Notes under the pieces: model-generated | What the model was told of the DNA's origin: nothing | Seen by the model: the letters and a program-made list of their open reading frames with translations, nothing else | Database searches by the model: none | From: Macrostomum lignano | Taxonomy: Eukaryota | Direction: 5' to 3' | NCBI GenBank assembly: GCA_002269645.1 | Contig: NIVC01001156.1 | Span: forward strand, 176,918-240,917 | DNA length: 64,000 bases | Position numbers and translations under genes: made by a program | Part shown: positions 60,737 to 64,000 of the stretch, piece after piece | How the letters are laid out: each line of letters begins with the position of its first letter | Numbering within the stretch: position 1 is the stretch's first letter

Positions 60737-61924
60737 CTGGGTTGGAGATAGGACAGAGTGTACTTTAGTTTTGAATCATTAGCCATGATGGCTGGGTTCA
60801 TTTTTTCGGAGTTTTTGGAGTTTTTTCGGGTTCATTTTTGCATCCAGGTGCCAATTGCTAGGTGGCACCTGGATGCACCTGGATGGGGTTCAAAATTCAC
60901 TTTTCATTTTTAATTTAATGCTAACTTTGTAAGTCTATCTGAGACTTTTTGTTAAGTAATTGTTAGTGATTCTCAATATTAATATAAACTATCCTATGCC
61001 ATTAAGTTTGTATACAGTCCACCACTGTCATTAATTGAATTAGTAGAAACAGAAATGATAAATTTCCATGTAATTCACGGCCTGCGAGCTCAGAGTGAAT
61101 TTTATCTAGCATGGACAAGTGGAGAAAATTTGCAGCAAAAAAGTACCAGCTCTGAATTTGAATACCAGAAATTCATCTCCAAACTTTCTCGGCTGGCAAC
61201 TTCAAGTACACACATGAGTCAATGAACAGTTATTTAACCTTTTTTTACATATCTATAGTGAACATCCACTGCTTAAAAACCAACTGCTACGGCATGAAAT
61301 ATTGTGGGTTTAAGGAAAATCGATTCTTAATAGCAACGAGCATAGACACCTGTTTGAGTTTTCACTTTACATACATAAATTTTGACCAAATAAGACCAAT
61401 TTAGCAGTAAAGATTGGTTATGAGTACCAAAGTCTGGCAGGAACAAGTTTTGAAACTCGTTACTTTCAAATTATTAACGGTAGCAAAATACGGCTAGCCG
61501 AAACGCCAGATAAAAAATCCACCAGAAGATCTTCGAGTAAGGAACTGGAACTGGTGCAGATAAAAGCGGACAATCCAACAAGCCGTCAGAGTTAACAAGC
61601 TAAGAACTGTCAATGAATGTCAAAAAAGATTCGCACCAGCGATACGCCCAATCGTGTGAACTCGACAGTCTTTTCTTTGATAGTCTATATATGCAAGTCT
61701 GATTTAAGATGCCATCTCCAATTAACAAAAACTCATAAGCCGACAGTAACCGAATTCGAAGAGCGCAACTCCAGTAACAAGTAAGTTTCGTCGACAATAA
61801 TTTCCATTCTTCCTTTTTAAAAATAAAACAAATCAATATTCTACTCTCTACTCAATAAGTGGATAGTAGCACAGTAAGCGCAATATAACTATTTTGCATT
61901 CCAATTACTACGAATATTCACAGA

Positions 61925-62206
61925 ATGAAGGCCGTCATTGCTCTTCTGTGCCTCGTGGCCGTGGCCTCCGCTGCATACACCCCCGCCCAGCGTGAGGAGG
62001 TCCTGGATGACCTCGTCCACGAGATTGTGCCCTTCCTGTCTGTGGACTGGAACTGCGTCAAGAACGCCGGCATCTCCAGCTCTATGTGCATCCTGAAGAA
62101 CCTCATCAGCTGCGGCGTGGCCATCAAGCCGCCGCTCATCGCTGTCTGCCTGGTTGCCAGCTGCGGCGGAGACGCTGCCAAGCTGGCGTACTGCATCAAG
62201 CTGTGA
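61925..62206 (+). CDS. Small secreted cysteine-rich protein (93 aa: signal peptide, acidic pro-region, 6-Cys mature domain)
   Basis: MKAVIALLCLVAVASA|AYTPAQREEVLDDLVHEIVPF LSVDWNCVKNAGISSSMCILKNLISCGVAIKPPLIAVCLVASCGGDAAKLAYCIKL. Strongly GC3-biased island in AT-rich DNA; TTCACAG acceptor 1 nt before the ATG. Confidence 0.8.
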   Translation: MKAVIALLCLVAVASAAYTPAQREEVLDDLVHEIVPFLSVDWNCVKNAGISSSMCILKNLISCGVAIKPPLIAVCLVASCGGDAAKLAYCIKL

Positions 62207-62437
62207 AGCTGGCAATGCCCCTTACATTGCTTTAAAAATAGTCGACTAAATATATATTAATTCGACAAGTACAGCTTATATTGCAGCTTTCGTCTTAGGC
62301 TTCTTTAATTATGATAACAATCGAAAATTCATGATGACAGACTAATAGCATACAAATATCTCAATCTGAGCTACAATTTAGCTCGTAGTAAACCCTGAAA
62401 ATGTTCAAATTTTCGGAGCTCATTTACGATGACTGAT

Positions 62438-63999
62438 TAGTGCTCAATAAGTTCGCGAAAAAAAACACTTTTAAAATATTCTGGCACTAATTTTTTTCCG
62501 CATATACCCCCATCTAATGAGACTTCTCAACGTAGTTTCCAGACAGATTGATGCATTTCTTCATCTGATGAAACCAATGCTGTAAAACAGTCCCTCAATT
62601 TCACCTGAGCTCTGCTCTCAGCTCCTCTTCGAGCTCCTTGCGAGAGTCAAAGTGCTTTCCTTTGAGATTCTTCTTGATATCTTCGAGAAGAGGAAGAAGT
62701 CCGCTAAGAAGTCTTTGGCCGCTCCTGACATAACAAAATGGGAAGAGGTGAAAGCAATGAACAAGAACACGGTCATGCCAAGGGACCAAACAGGACGGCA
62801 AACAGAGAACAGATACTGCACCATCTGCAACAGAGAGTTCAAGACTCACACGGGACTGAAGATACACAACACCAGGATGCATCGAGAACAGAGACAAGAG
62901 GAGAAGAAGTTCCCAAGATGCGGAGACATCCTAAACAACAAGGCCAGCGAGACGAACCACCTTTAGATCTGTAAAGGCGCCCTGAAAGGGACATGCCCGT
63001 ACTGTCTCCAGCCCAGGAGCGCCAGCAACATGGCGAGGCAGCATACGCAACTGTGCGCAGTAACAATGACCTAAACAAACAGGGTACCAACAAGAAGAAG
63101 AGACCAAGACGCCTACACGACGGACAGGCCTGAACCAACCGACGCACCGAGAAGAGCGAAGATTGCTTGCCCGGGCTGCAGCAAGAGCATCTCGAAGACA
63201 AATATAGCAAGACACCGGAAAGTCTGCACCGCGGAACCGACTCAAAGCCAATGAGTGGCATGCCTCATAGGAGGTCGAATTGTCATATAAGGACAAGGAC
63301 AAGGCCGCTCCTGAGAGAGTAACTTCAGCACCTGCGGTGAGCAGACACCTGAGTACCAGTTACCAGTCACTGTGGCACCTTCCTCGAATAGGATGGGTAG
63401 CAGAATGCCACACCGCATGCTGCCAAGACCTTGCCGACACTCGTAGGAATTTGACAGGGGCATCCTCTTCGAAGGCGATCCCCTGCCTGCTCTGGAATTT
63501 TGTCTCTGAGAAGTACACCCATGTTTCATAACCTGTCAGGATGTTGTCCATCAATTTCGAAGCCCCCTTGTCGAATTTGTTATGGATGAAGGTTGCGAAC
63601 TCAATATGAACTTGCATCTGGTTGGGTTCAGGTGATGGTTACCCAGCACCCGGATACTTTCACTCGTCGATCTTAGCCACTGCCGCCTCCTGACCAACTT
63701 GTATACCATTGTATAGGATGAGGCTTCATCATTCAGGGCTTGTTGAAGCGTCTGCACGCATTCCGAGGCAAACTGGCCAAGTCGAAACTGGACAAGAATT
63801 GCGACTCCTCTGTCACACATGGTCAATCAAGTGCAGTAAAGATTATGAGGTTGCATCACTCTTTCAGCCACTGCATCGGAGAATCTCAGTCAAAGATGCT
63901 GAAAATCTACATGAAAGGTTTTAACATCGAATGAAATAAACAAACTTCAGTATATTTGCATGAAAAGGATATTCATTTTTCGCGAACTTATTAAGCAGA
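62438..63999 (-). mobile_element. Mariner (Tc1/mariner) DNA transposon, degenerate, interrupted by an insertion
   Basis: TIRs GCTCAATAAGTTCGCGAAAAA (62442-62462) and TTTTTCGCGAACTTATTAAGC (63976-63996). Transposase pieces on the minus strand: HTH (QALNDEASSYTMVYK), NILTGYETWVYFSETKFQS (degenerate TGDETW), DFFLF/KKNLKGKHFDS and WFHQMKKCINLSGNYVEK. Confidence 0.82.
62725..63290 (+). mobile_element. Degenerate multi-zinc-finger fragment (probably a retrotransposon remnant) inside the mariner
   Basis: CTICNREFKTHTGLKIHNTRMH (C2H2), CPYCLQPRSASNMARQHTQLC and CPGCSKSISKTNIARHRKVC (C2HC), with in-frame stops. Confidence 0.55.
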
Positions 64000-64000
64000 T

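Overview
Eukaryotic (metazoan) genomic DNA with GC-rich exons and introns or spacers filled with minisatellites. This style strongly suggests the flatworm Macrostomum lignano or a relative (inference, not shown by the sequence). By manual translation and splice-site reconstruction I find about 11 host genes: a peptide-type rhodopsin GPCR (-), a 9-exon ~580-aa coiled-coil protein (-), ZC2HC1A (-), UHRF1 (+), ATP synthase OSCP/ATP5PO (+), a disrupted PAN-domain secreted protein (-), a small 2-exon single-TM orphan (-), RRP15 (-), CYB561D2-like (-), an endosomal Na+/H+ exchanger SLC9A6/7/9-like (-; 5' exon outside the window, one 1-bp frameshift), and a small 6-Cys secreted protein (+) nested in the NHE intron. 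Mobile DNA comprises three Crypton-type tyrosine-recombinase remnants embedded in clusters of CCATAGAC/GTCTATGG-bounded mini-elements and hairpins, a Gypsy integrase remnant, a LINE RNase H remnant, and a mariner element interrupted by a zinc-finger insert. The most unusual signals are (1) the nested CCATAGAC/Crypton system, (2) UHRF1 introns built from tandem decoy splice sites (26 donors in intron 1, ~14 branchpoint+acceptor units in intron 2), and (3) the same 28-bp minisatellite sitting immediately upstream of the pre-ATG acceptor of two candidate downstream operon genes. All counts and coordinates were derived by eye and no database searches were run.
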